The notes: generated by a model not told the origin, from the letters alone. A DNA stretch of 64,000 nt from Candidatus Dojkabacteria bacterium (GCA_016931155.1 JAFGFJ010000006.1:77115-141114); one strand, 5' to 3'; numbered from the stretch's first letter, positions 52,477 to 62,288 are shown. Program-made: numbers and translations.

Positions 52477-55416
52477 CTATTTACTTATTGCTGCCTGATA
52501 CCTGTTATGAGCTTCAAATGAGGTGAGATATAAAATGGGGCCAGCGTCATCTGCATATTTATATTTTCCTGATTCTTCTAGCAGACTGATCATAACAGGT
52601 TTATCAATTGTTCTGAACCAGTGCGGATGGCTCATATATGTGAGAACTTGCGGATCTGTCAAATAACCTTTTCCGGTTTGCATGTTCAAGTTAAGTCGTC
52701 TTATCAGCTCACTGGCAGTTCTATTTGTTGAATCTGCTCCATTGTTTGGGTATTCCCATATATTTATAAGAGGTTGCGGATAAGGTGCATTCTGATTTGA
52801 AAAAGAAGGCTTATATGGCTTTGTTGTCGGGGTGAGATCCCAATTTCTTAACTGTGCGTTTGGTCCATAAGGTTCTTTGAAATCATTTCCACTTGAGTCA
52901 TAGATAAAACCTGCAGCACTTAAGGCTCTTAAATTATCCAGATCAAGAAACCAGCCTCCAGCACGATAACCTTTTGGCTCAGGAAGTCCTTTTTGTTTGA
53001 AAATGTCTTTTGCCCATCTCAGTAACTGGAGGAACTCATCATAATTATAGGCCGAAGTAAGTACGTCATGACCTTCTTCTCTGCCTCCCCAACGTGGTTC
53101 TGTTTTTGGAGTAAGGCCTGCTGTACTAACCATATCATAGTGCATATGGAGGTGAAGACCGATCTCGTCTCCTGCCTTTTCCCTATCCTTTACCCAATTT
53201 GTCATTTGATTAGCATGTGCGACTGAAATCCCAGAATTTGTGTATATTCTCGGATTGAAAAAATGAGTCATGGGTATTTTGTATTTATCTGAGATTGCGG
53301 TCATATCGTTCCAGTATTCCTCTTTTAGTCCGTAACCTTCCCAGTCTATTGTCCATGTCATAAAAAGAGGTGCAGAGTAGCGAATTCCAGTAAGATTTGA
53401 TTTTATTTCGGTTATTTTATCGGAAGGTGTTCCAACCAGGAATTTTGTAGCTTCAGTCTGGAAATTATATGCGTCAGGGCTGGAGATGTTGATTCTTATC
53501 ATTATGTAATAATCGCCGTAGGCCAATCCTTTAAGAGGGATCTGAGTGCTCGACATTCTTTCAGGATTCCAGACAATCAACTCCTTCAATATGGCATCAT
53601 TCTCATTGCTATAGGGCAGCGGATAAATTTCATAACTAACAGAGTCAGACTCATTTATGATTTCTGGAAGAGTAAAATTTACAGTCACATTCTCACCATC
53701 GATATGCCAGAACCGGTCAATTTTCATCTCGAACGGAATATGATTAACTTCAGAAATCTGAAAAGCCAGCCTGGAGAAAGGTCTCTGTGGATAGCTTGAT
53801 TCAAAGTCGAATGACTCATCAAGAAGATCACCGAAGAAGAGTGAATATCCTCCATTCATATAATTCAAGTCTGCCTCCTCGAAAAGCCTAAAAGAGAGTT
53901 TTGTGTTATCTGCGTTTAGATTTTGAACGGAAAACTCTATAGGAAAATATTTTTCTCCATTCCAGTAAAGCAAGAATAAATCAGCTCCATCAGTTCTGCT
54001 CATTTTCTGATCTACGAAAAGATTGTGATCCATTTCAATTTCAATCCAATTATCCTTTTTTACTATGGTAGGGAAGTTATTACTGTTATCTGCTTTGTGA
54101 AAACTTATATCTATTTTGTACGGGTATTGTTCTGAATACCAATAATTTGGCATAGGCTTTTCAACAGCAGGAAGAAGTATTGTGGCAACTTCATCCGAAC
54201 CTTTGGTAAACGGTTCTTCACTTTTTTTCAAGTTCAAAAAACTTATTCCAAGTATAAGACTTACCGCAACAATAAAAATTAGAACAGAAGTATTACGTAT
54301 AGTTCCTGCTGGAAGCGATTTCAGGAGTTTTGTAAAATTAATACTTATAATTACAGCGAGTACTGTACTCAGGATATATTCTACAAAAATTACAAACACA
54401 CTTGAGGTCTTTGGAATATTAAAAAATGCCAGGATGAATAGAAGGAAGGTATGTATAACCCAGATTCCGAAACCGTTTGAAGAAATTTTACTGAAAACAG
54501 GTACGCTAAGATAAAGATTGGTTATCGGTTTTGCAAAAATTGATATTTTTTGTACAAAGATCAGAACCATCCCTACCCAGGTAATTCCTATTGTCAAAAA
54601 AGAAAGACTAGGTGGCCATCGTTGAAAAAGAATATCTCCACCTCCAACAAAAAACGAGACAATTACAATAACTAGCATTATGATCATAAAAAATGCTTGT
54701 CTCATAAGCTCCATTTTATCTTCTTTTCTGTCGGAAATAATAAGCCCCCAGTACATCCCAAATAGATAAACAAGGCTATACTGGAAAACTGGGAATCTGT
54801 ATATACCTGAATCTGTGCTCCCATAAAAAAGGCTCCCCAGAGCATTGAGGTTTGGGGGAAGTTTCAGGGTATTTACGAGTATTTCTCCGATGATGAATAA
54901 TAGGAAGGCAACAACCAACAAAATCAGCGGATTTTTAACAATATTTCTTATCTGTTTCGGGAAGAGGAGTAGAAATAAAGTAAAAAGAATAAATGGTAAA
55001 ATAAATTCTGTGTACCCTGGGACTTCAATCAGGAGTAGTATTTTTGTAATGATTCTTAGACCTGCTTCTGCTCCCTGTGTATCTATGAAATTATTTATTT
55101 TGTCAAAAGAGGCTGTGAAAGCAAGAAAGTAATATCCAATAAACAGGACAGCCATTCTCCTGACAAGTTTTCCTTTATCTATTTCTTCTGAATTAAGCTT
55201 ATGAAGATAAACCAGATAAACAACTGCTCCTGAAATAAATAGAAAAGTTGTGAAAGAAACAGTATTTATCCAGTTCTTGGTAAAAAGAAGAAGATCACTA
55301 TTACCTGAATAGAAAAATGAAACAATGTGAGCAAAAAACATAAGGAAAATTGCAAAAAGCCTTGCAATATCCAGGGCATGATTACGTTCTGGTTTTTCGT
55401 CACTTCTGAAACGCAT
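52477..55416 (-). CDS. Fusion of membrane acyltransferase-like domain (DUF1624/OpgC/acyltransferase-3 type) and polysaccharide deacetylase
   Basis: RNHALDIARLFAIFLMFFAH, FPVFQY, RWPPSLSF in a multi-TM region; C-terminal TIDWE, EIGLHLH, GYRAGGW, YDSS, SHPH. Confidence 0.75.
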   Translation of the reverse strand: MRFRSDEKPERNHALDIARLFAIFLMFFAHIVSFFYSGNSDLLLFTKNWINTVSFTTFLFISGAVVYLVYLHKLNSEEIDKGKLVRRMAVLFIGYYFLAFTASFDKINNFIDTQGAEAGLRIITKILLLIEVPGYTEFILPFILFTLFLLLFPKQIRNIVKNPLILLVVAFLLFIIGEILVNTLKLPPNLNALGSLFYGSTDSGIYRFPVFQYSLVYLFGMYWGLIISDRKEDKMELMRQAFFMIIMLVIVIVSFFVGGGDILFQRWPPSLSFLTIGITWVGMVLIFVQKISIFAKPITNLYLSVPVFSKISSNGFGIWVIHTFLLFILAFFNIPKTSSVFVIFVEYILSTVLAVIISINFTKLLKSLPAGTIRNTSVLIFIVAVSLILGISFLNLKKSEEPFTKGSDEVATILLPAVEKPMPNYWYSEQYPYKIDISFHKADNSNNFPTIVKKDNWIEIEMDHNLFVDQKMSRTDGADLFLLYWNGEKYFPIEFSVQNLNADNTKLSFRLFEEADLNYMNGGYSLFFGDLLDESFDFESSYPQRPFSRLAFQISEVNHIPFEMKIDRFWHIDGENVTVNFTLPEIINESDSVSYEIYPLPYSNENDAILKELIVWNPERMSSTQIPLKGLAYGDYYIMIRINISSPDAYNFQTEATKFLVGTPSDKITEIKSNLTGIRYSAPLFMTWTIDWEGYGLKEEYWNDMTAISDKYKIPMTHFFNPRIYTNSGISVAHANQMTNWVKDREKAGDEIGLHLHMHYDMVSTAGLTPKTEPRWGGREEGHDVLTSAYNYDEFLQLLRWAKDIFKQKGLPEPKGYRAGGWFLDLDNLRALSAAGFIYDSSGNDFKEPYGPNAQLRNWDLTPTTKPYKPSFSNQNAPYPQPLINIWEYPNNGADSTNRTASELIRRLNLNMQTGKGYLTDPQVLTYMSHPHWFRTIDKPVMISLLEESGKYKYADDAGPILYLTSFEAHNRYQAAISK

Positions 55417-55468
55417 AATTGATTATAGCGGAATAAGCAACAAGACGTATATTGACTTTATTTCTTCC

Positions 55469-55729
55469 CTATTTTTTTACAGCAGCAAGTATTGCCAGAA
55501 AAATTACTGCTCCAAGCACTGATATCAATAGGCTGACAAGATTAAAGTCAGTGAAAGCAGTGAGGATAATTTTGCCTTCTGTGAAGAATGTTACAACAAG
55601 TCCTCCAATGAGGGATCCTATCATTCCTATAAGTATATTTGTGATACAGCCCGTCTGACCTTTTCCAGTAAGGGTATTTGCAATCCAGCCCACAATGGCA
55701 CCGAGAAAAATCCAAGTGAGAAGTTCCAT
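55469..55729 (-). CDS. GlsB/YeaQ/YmgE (transglycosylase-associated) membrane protein
   Basis: WIFLGAIVGWIA...NILIGMIGSLIGG...SVLGAVIFL. Confidence 0.92.
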   Translation of the reverse strand: MELLTWIFLGAIVGWIANTLTGKGQTGCITNILIGMIGSLIGGLVVTFFTEGKIILTAFTDFNLVSLLISVLGAVIFLAILAAVKK

Positions 55730-55796
55730 GGAATTGAGATAAAAAATTATTCTAAATTGTAAAGCCAGGTCATGTAAATCTCAAGGGTAGTCAAGA

Positions 55797-56603
55797 TTAA
55801 GCAGCAGGTTTTTGTTGAATTGCAGGGTATCTTCCACAATTGAATACCTCTGATTCTGGGAATATTCTTCTGATTTGATCTAATATCCAATACACTTTAT
55901 TACTTACTTCCTCAGGGTACGGATTGAAGTAAAGTAAATCAATAACCTTGGTAACCCTTATATTGAGATTGTTTAAGCCAGAAAATTCAAGAGGGCAGTT
56001 TTCCTCCAGATATATGTATTGCATGAAAAGAGCTACCAATTCTGAAGGGCAATAATCTTCCTCTGACTGACTATCTGGTTTCTCAAACTTCATATGTTGT
56101 TTATTTGAACAGTGCTTATTATCATAAACAAAATCAATTCCACATTCTTTACAAACAATGTGAGTGGCTTCTTCGACTCCTATTAGTATTGGTATTACTT
56201 CCGGATCTTTTGCAGTATGTTTATAATTCCCATAGATCCCCGGCAGGTAATACGTTGATGATTCTTCTGTCTGATTCCCCACAAGTTTTAGTCCTCTTAA
56301 GTGACTAGACTGGTTTGGAATTTGAATAAAATAATGCGTATTGCCCAATCTATCTTCATAAGTTCCAGCCCTAACTAGAGGAAAGTCTTGTATGCCTCTG
56401 CACCCTAAATTGTTTACCAATTGCATTTTCATGCCGGGACTGCAAAGAGTATCTAATACTTTCAAAGTCCAGATGATGCCTTCGATTATTCCGTTATCGA
56501 TTTCCGGACTGGAGGACTCCACAAAAAGAGAGGTGTCTAGCATTTTGTGACTTAGGCTACCTCTTATACCCTCAATAAGGTTATCATCGCAAAGGTCTTT
56601 CAT
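55797..56603 (-). CDS. Hypothetical protein
   Basis: 268-aa ORF with own promoter-like TTGACA; EEATH...PSE zincin-like pattern. Confidence 0.6.
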   Translation of the reverse strand: MKDLCDDNLIEGIRGSLSHKMLDTSLFVESSSPEIDNGIIEGIIWTLKVLDTLCSPGMKMQLVNNLGCRGIQDFPLVRAGTYEDRLGNTHYFIQIPNQSSHLRGLKLVGNQTEESSTYYLPGIYGNYKHTAKDPEVIPILIGVEEATHIVCKECGIDFVYDNKHCSNKQHMKFEKPDSQSEEDYCPSELVALFMQYIYLEENCPLEFSGLNNLNIRVTKVIDLLYFNPYPEEVSNKVYWILDQIRRIFPESEVFNCGRYPAIQQKPAA

Positions 56604-56805
56604 GACTAAACGAAAAAATTGAATGATTATTGATCAATAATTGTTGAATGTCAAATACCCGATATGTTACTCAGGGAAGTAGCTTCAGTGGGACTTCACT
56701 TTACTGCAATGGATGATGCTCCAAGGGTATCTTTTTTAAAAAGAGTCACTAACTGACAAATTTGGGACGGTATCTTTTAATGAAATAGTTTTGGGAGAAT
56801 CGAAT

Positions 56806-56880
56806 TGGTGACCCTACCGGGAATCGAACCCGGATTGCATGATTGAGAATCATGTGTCCTAACCGTTAGACGATAGGGCC
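56806..56880 (-). tRNA. tRNA-Glu (CTC), CCA encoded
   Basis: GGCCCTATCGTCTAACGGTTAGGACACATGATTCTCAATCATGCAATCCGGGTTCGATTCCCGGTAGGGTCACCA folds as a cloverleaf. Confidence 0.96.
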
Positions 56881-57005
56881 GTTAAAATTGCAATAAATCA
56901 ACTTCCAAAGGATTTTATCACACTGAAACGAAAAAATAGAGTAACTGTTTACCCGATTTACCGAGAATTTTGTGACAAAGAAGAAAAGGGTGTATACAAA
57001 TCAGA

Positions 57006-58112
57006 CTATTTATCCATTTTTATATTTATATCTCCAGCTGTCATTTCTACATTTATTTCGAGTGTTTTACTCATTCTGTCGTAATTTCTTGTCTCATAAG
57101 TTCCTTTCCTGTTTACACCATCAAATGTTTCTCCATCGATTTCCAGACTGCCTGCAGTAATTTTATACATTACCTTAATTCCGATATCTTCAGGAAAATA
57201 GAGGTTCAAATCACCTGCTGTAAGTTCAATAGACATAATTTCCGGGACTGATTGTCTGCCTAAATCAATGTCTAAATCTCCTGCGGTCATTTCTATTTGA
57301 AAATTATTAATACGTAAAGAATCAAAATCTATGTCTCCGACTCCTGCGGTCATATTAAATTTAAGATCTGTCAGAACTTCAGGATTTCCCAGAATGAAAT
57401 CATATTTTCTTTTGGATGAGTTTCTAAAAGGAAATGACCAGAATATCTCATCCTCAGTATCAAATCCGATCTCCAATGTATCATCTCTTTTTTCTGTCTT
57501 AACAACTGGTTTCCCATGTCCCTCAGAGTATTCTGCGTCTACTCTAAAGTAATTATTCGTATCGTCTTCGGTCAAAGTAAACTCTCCTGCAGTTACATCT
57601 ATCGATACCTCTCTTTTTTCGATATCCTCATAATCATCTCTTTTTATGGTTATTGTCTCTTGCACTTCCAGGGGTACTTTGATGTTGACTGATTGTTCAA
57701 GATCAACATTTAAATTATTCCTGAACCAATCTCTAAAGGAATTATTGTTTATCGATATTACAATTGTAATGATTAGAGAAAGAATTAAAAAAGTCAGACA
57801 GCCCAATACCAGATTTAAAATCCTGGATCTTCCTATAATGAGCTGAATTCCTGCAAATATAATAAAGAGAGGCCAAAACTTCCACAGTGAACCCCATCCC
57901 CACCAGGGAACGACACCGAAGTTACTTAGAAGGAAAAGAGTTCCGATAAATATCAAAAAGAAAGCCCACAAAACACCCCCTGTACTTCTGTTTTCTTTTT
58001 GTTCTTTAGAAGTATTTTCCTCCCCTTCAATCTTTTCTCCCGCAAAATCACTCTTAGACTGAAAGTTTTCTTCTTTGGTTTTCAAGGGTTTTATCTTTTT
58101 ATTTTTTGACAT
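57006..58112 (-). CDS. LiaF/DUF5668-type membrane protein with toast-rack-like beta-repeat domain
   Basis: LIFIGTLFLLSNFG...WKFWPLFIIFAG and repeated xMTAGxxxI units. Confidence 0.8.
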   Translation of the reverse strand: MSKNKKIKPLKTKEENFQSKSDFAGEKIEGEENTSKEQKENRSTGGVLWAFFLIFIGTLFLLSNFGVVPWWGWGSLWKFWPLFIIFAGIQLIIGRSRILNLVLGCLTFLILSLIITIVISINNNSFRDWFRNNLNVDLEQSVNIKVPLEVQETITIKRDDYEDIEKREVSIDVTAGEFTLTEDDTNNYFRVDAEYSEGHGKPVVKTEKRDDTLEIGFDTEDEIFWSFPFRNSSKRKYDFILGNPEVLTDLKFNMTAGVGDIDFDSLRINNFQIEMTAGDLDIDLGRQSVPEIMSIELTAGDLNLYFPEDIGIKVMYKITAGSLEIDGETFDGVNRKGTYETRNYDRMSKTLEINVEMTAGDINIKMDK

Positions 58113-58584
58113 TTCTGAAAAGGATTAAAATACCAAAAGCAATTATTATAAGAGGCCATATTTTATCAAATCTGAGTATTTTTATATTGAAAAGACTGTC
58201 AAACAAGAAGATAAATCCTACAACAATAATGATCATTCCCCAAATAAGCCGGGAATCATTTGATCTGCTTCCTTTGATTATTTCTTTAGCTTTCTGCTCA
58301 ACTTCTTTGATGTTGTTCTGAAGAGTCTTTTGTCCTGTTTCCTGTACGTTTTCTTCTGATGGAATTATTATCCAAAGTATAATATAGATTAAAATTCCTG
58401 ACCCACCAAACAATGTCACTAAGATAAAGACAATTCGGACAATAGAGGGGTCTATTCCGAAGTATTCTCCAAGTCCACCAGAGACTCCACCTATAATTTT
58501 ATTTACTTCTGATCTGCAAAGCGCACCGGGTGAGGTAGACTGCCCTTGTTTTGAAGTTTTCTCTGTTTTATTTTTCATAATCAA
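58099..58584 (-). CDS. pspC: PspC-domain envelope stress protein
   Basis: LCRSEVNKIIGGVSGGLGEYFGIDPSIVRI...YIILWIIIP; C-terminal WPLIII. Confidence 0.88.
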   Translation of the reverse strand: MIMKNKTEKTSKQGQSTSPGALCRSEVNKIIGGVSGGLGEYFGIDPSIVRIVFILVTLFGGSGILIYIILWIIIPSEENVQETGQKTLQNNIKEVEQKAKEIIKGSRSNDSRLIWGMIIIVVGFIFLFDSLFNIKILRFDKIWPLIIIAFGILILFRNVKK

Positions 58585-58725
58585 ATCATGACGAAATTAC
58601 AGAAGTCTAACTCTAAATTTGATAAAAATCAACAAATCCAATTGCGGTTCTCGCCTGTTTCAGTATCATCATAGAATTGGAAAAGACTCAAATGACAATA
58701 GCCAGCTGAGCATTGTATGTATTTT

Positions 58726-59333
58726 TTAACCGAGATTTTCAGAAACTTTTTCCCAGTTTATGATATTCCAGAAGGCTGAAATATAATCCGTTCTTCTATT
58801 TTGATACTTAAGATAGTAAGCATGCTCCCATACATCAATTACCAATAAAGGTCTGCCACTGATCTCGGCGATATCCATTAAAGGATTATCCTGGTTTGGG
58901 GTGGAAGTTATGACAAGGTCGGATTTACACTTAATAAGCCATGCCCAGCCTGAGCCTAACCTTCCAGCCGCTGTATTTGTGAACTCCTCTTTAAATTTTT
59001 CGATTGATCCGAAAGCCTTTTCTAATTCTCCTTTTATCTTTCCTGCAGGTTCTCCTCCATTCGGTGATAATATCTCCCAAAAAAAGTGTGGTTCCAGTGT
59101 CCGCCACCATTATTCCTTACTGCCAAACCTATGTCTTGGGGAAGACCGTTAATATTTGCAATTAATTCCTCTAAGGTTTTGTCTTTAAGCTCAGGACTTG
59201 AATCAATAGCTATATTTAATTTATCTATGTAGGTCTGATGATGTTTGCTGTGATGAATCTCCATCGTTTTTGTGTCAATATGTGGTTCCAATGCATCGAA
59301 TGAGAAAGTTAAGTCTGGGAGAGTGAATGACAT
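58726..59333 (-). pseudogene. sodA: Mn-type superoxide dismutase split by a single frameshift
   Basis: 5' frame [19 protein letters not shown]...[12 protein letters not shown]; -1 frame continues WEILSP...GSGWAWL...PNQDNP...[15 protein letters not shown]...TAA; break in A7 at 59079-59085. Confidence 0.88.
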
Positions 59334-59717
59334 GAGTGGTTTTGTCAAAATTTAGATAGAGAAAGCACTTTATGTTAGCAATTTAGACTGTTTTCAGTCA
59401 ATAAATAAAGAAACAATACTCAGCAGAAATTATTATAATTAATCTTATACCTATGGGCTAAGCCAGTAGATTTTCAGTTGGAAATCTCCTTGTCTGTGGA
59501 AAAAGAGCAAAGTATATGTTTTTATTCAGTCTGAAGATGTGGTAAAGGTTGAAATTTTTGTATAGACTGTGAGCCATATATGATGATCATGATTTCTAGA
59601 GGTAGGACTTTGATATTGTCTTTATTGAGGTGCAAGACATCTTTGAGGTCTGCAATTGACAGGAATTTGTAATTCTATTTGAATTATACAACAAAACAAC
59701 AGTTTACGACTTGAATT

Positions 59718-61271
59718 ATGGGTATAGATAAACACACTTATCAAGCACAAAGCCAAGGAAGGGACAGAAATGAAATAGATCCTATTAATATGGCTCTGAA
59801 CATGTCTCGTGTTGCTACCGCATTTGTGCCAATTTCTTCTTATTCCGGACATGAAGGAGTTATGGTAAATAAACTATTTACAGATCTGTTTGGGTGCGAT
59901 TCAGACGAGATTAACAGTGTAGTCCGTCTGTCTTGTGTACTAAGGAATGATCAGTGGCGGGACGAATTAGAACTCAAAAACTATATTCAAAGAATAAAGG
60001 ATGCTCCTAATACTCACGAAATCAGAACTTTGAGTGATAAGAATGGGGGTAAATTTATGGCAGATATAGAATACTCCATAATATCAAACAATGATGATGA
60101 GCCCTTCCTTCTTTCAGTAACAATTAGAAATGTTACTGAAGAACTTCAGAAAGCCGAAGATTTGCGTAGAGAGAGTGAAAGAAGACTTTTTGATTTCATA
60201 AATAAAGCACCTTTCGGGATTATTCTTACCAGTGATGGATTAGTAATTTCTCTAAATCCTGCGGCTCTTAAAATACTTGGGTATGCTGAGGGGGATAGTA
60301 TGGCAATACGTGAAACTGGATCTCTATATGCATACAAAGAAGAAAGAGATATTTTTAAAGAACGGCTTGAAAATAGTGATGATGGTATAGTAGATGGTGT
60401 AAGGGTATATATGAAGAGAAAGGACGGAGAGCTGGTGCTTTGCAGTTTTACTGCAGTGCGTCAAATGAATAATACGGGAGAGGAAATAGGTTATGCCTTG
60501 ATGTTCAGGGATGTAACCCAGGAGGAAGAAGCAAGACGTCTTGAGTTGACTCTTGCTGAAACGAGGCAGAGAGAGATTATCAGACAGGAAAACCACGATA
60601 AGTATACCCACGATATAGCTAATATAATATCAGTAATGAGGTTGCAGGTTTATTCTGCGATGAATGCAGTTGGGAGTGAGAAAGTGCTTAAGAATATTCA
60701 AGGCATTGCAGAGCAGATTAATCGGTTATATGACTATTTTCAACTTGATTGTAAATCAGATTCAGAAGGACAGATAAGCTATCACTTTAACGAAATGAAG
60801 GTTGAATCAGCCATTCAATTTTTTAAAAACGTTGTTTCTTCATATGAAGGTCCTGCACAAGAAAAAGGTCTGAATTTTGGTTTTCAGCGAAAAGAAAATA
60901 TTGAGGGAAATGGAAAGAATTGTGTTGTAAGTATTGATAAAAATGCAACAGAGCGATTGCTTACAAATTTACTAAATAATGCAATCAAGTACACAATAGA
61001 AGGTAGTGTTTTGATGGATGTATATACTGATTCAGACAACTTGATTATTGAATGTAAGGATACTGGCTGTGGAATACCAAAAAACGAACAAAAAAGAGTT
61101 TTTGAATCAGGGTATAGAGCTGCAAATTCTTCCAGAACAGAGGGAAAAGGACTTGGACTCTCAATAGTCAAGGAAATAGTTGAAGCTCATAAAGGAAAAA
61201 TCGAATTACAAAGTACTCCTGGAGAAGGTTCCACTTTTACGGTTAAATTGCCACTTATTGTTAGGGAATAG
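59718..61271 (+). CDS. Cytoplasmic PAS-domain sensor histidine kinase
   Basis: PAS (APFGII...NPAALKILGY...KRKDGE...RDVT), H-box THDIAN, NLLNNAIKYT, DTGCGIP, GKGLGLSIV. Confidence 0.92.
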   Translation: MGIDKHTYQAQSQGRDRNEIDPINMALNMSRVATAFVPISSYSGHEGVMVNKLFTDLFGCDSDEINSVVRLSCVLRNDQWRDELELKNYIQRIKDAPNTHEIRTLSDKNGGKFMADIEYSIISNNDDEPFLLSVTIRNVTEELQKAEDLRRESERRLFDFINKAPFGIILTSDGLVISLNPAALKILGYAEGDSMAIRETGSLYAYKEERDIFKERLENSDDGIVDGVRVYMKRKDGELVLCSFTAVRQMNNTGEEIGYALMFRDVTQEEEARRLELTLAETRQREIIRQENHDKYTHDIANIISVMRLQVYSAMNAVGSEKVLKNIQGIAEQINRLYDYFQLDCKSDSEGQISYHFNEMKVESAIQFFKNVVSSYEGPAQEKGLNFGFQRKENIEGNGKNCVVSIDKNATERLLTNLLNNAIKYTIEGSVLMDVYTDSDNLIIECKDTGCGIPKNEQKRVFESGYRAANSSRTEGKGLGLSIVKEIVEAHKGKIELQSTPGEGSTFTVKLPLIVRE

Positions 61272-61399
61272 TACAATACTTTGCTTATCTAGTGGCTTAG
61301 TTCACCGAAGTGCAAATATCTCGTGAAATTTTCTTGATTATTTCTATGTTTTGTGTGAAAAATTTAGAGTAAAATATTTTATTTATTAAACTGTTCCAA

Positions 61400-61555
61400 G
61401 TGGCTGCAAAAAAAGCAAAAAAGCCTGCAAAAAAAGTTAAGAAGCCGACAAAAAAGAAGGTTTCTGTGAAAAAGGCATTGAAGAAGGTTGCAAAAAAACC
61501 TGCAAAGAAAAAGGTGGCAAAGAAGAAGACTGTGAAGAAAGCAAAGAAGAAATAG
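61400..61555 (+). CDS. Small histone-H1-like lysine-rich protein (51 aa), not in ORF track
   Basis: GTG start; MAAKKAKKPAKKVKKPTKKKVSVKKALKKVAKKPAKKKVAKKKTVKKAKKK*; terminator follows. Confidence 0.8.
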   Translation: MAAKKAKKPAKKVKKPTKKKVSVKKALKKVAKKPAKKKVAKKKTVKKAKKK

Positions 61556-61576
61556 TTTTGAACTGAAATAAGTATT

Positions 61577-61608
61577 AAGATAACACCCGAAAAGGCGTTA
61601 TCTTTTTT
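61577..61608 (+). terminator. Intrinsic terminator after the H1-like gene
   Basis: aagataac-acccgaaaaggc-gttatctt followed by tttt. Confidence 0.7.
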
Positions 61609-61835
61609 GCTGATTGTATGGTTTATGATGAGATTTACTGAAAGAGAAATCAATGCTGTTTGTTAGACGAAAAATGCTACTGTAGTAGTTTAATAAAATC
61701 TCTTAAACTCAGTACCCCGTTTTCAGGGTATCTGGCATCTGTGTCCAATTTTCAGGTTGTTTGAAAGTATGAACGGGAAATATTGGATGCTTAAGTTGAT
61801 TTAGCGAACTGGCAGAAGGTATAATCTCGTGATGT

Positions 61836-61907
61836 TCCGCCTTAGCTCAATGGTAGAGCGCTCGGCTGTTAACCGATCGGTTGCAGGTTCGAATCCTGCA
61901 GGCGGAG
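61836..61907 (+). tRNA. tRNA-Asn (GTT), CCA not encoded
   Basis: TCCGCCTTAGCTCAATGGTAGAGCGCTCGGCTGTTAACCGATCGGTTGCAGGTTCGAATCCTGCAGGCGGAG; TATAAT at 61820-61825. Confidence 0.95.
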
Positions 61908-62000
61908 CATTTTTATTTGTTGCAGCATTATCAGCTATTGCTTTGATTTTCATTCCACTTCACGTTAAAGACAAAAGTTCTACAATGAGAGTCAATTTCT

Positions 62001-62288
62001 TTAACTAGCATTCAATTCTTGATGTACAACCGAAGCAATATAACTTTGATACGGAAGCCCCTTTTGTTTTGCTTGAACCTTAGCCCGTCTGACATCCCTA
62101 GCGGAAAGTCGTAAAGTTACTACTTCCCTTCTTACTCTAGTATTTTTTGCAATAGAAGAGAGCTCGTTCAATCTTTTGTTAGATGGCTTTTCTAGGTTTA
62201 TTTCTTCATTATCAATAGCTTTAAGCAATTCTAATTCATCACTATCAAGTGATATATTTGTATGATCGTTTTGATTAAAATTTTTCAT
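62001..62288 (-). CDS. Antitoxin with C-terminal ribbon-helix-helix (BrnA/CopG-like)
   Basis: VTLRLSARDVRRAKVQAKQKGLPYQSYIASVVH; overlaps the toxin gene by 14 bp. Confidence 0.85.
   Translation of the reverse strand: MKNFNQNDHTNISLDSDELELLKAIDNEEINLEKPSNKRLNELSSIAKNTRVRREVVTLRLSARDVRRAKVQAKQKGLPYQSYIASVVHQELNAS

Noticed and set aside
58901-59152. 83-aa plus-strand ORF
   Set aside because: Antisense to the frameshifted sodA
61297-61653. 118-aa Phe-rich minus-strand ORF
   Set aside because: Antisense shadow of the Lys-rich H1-like gene
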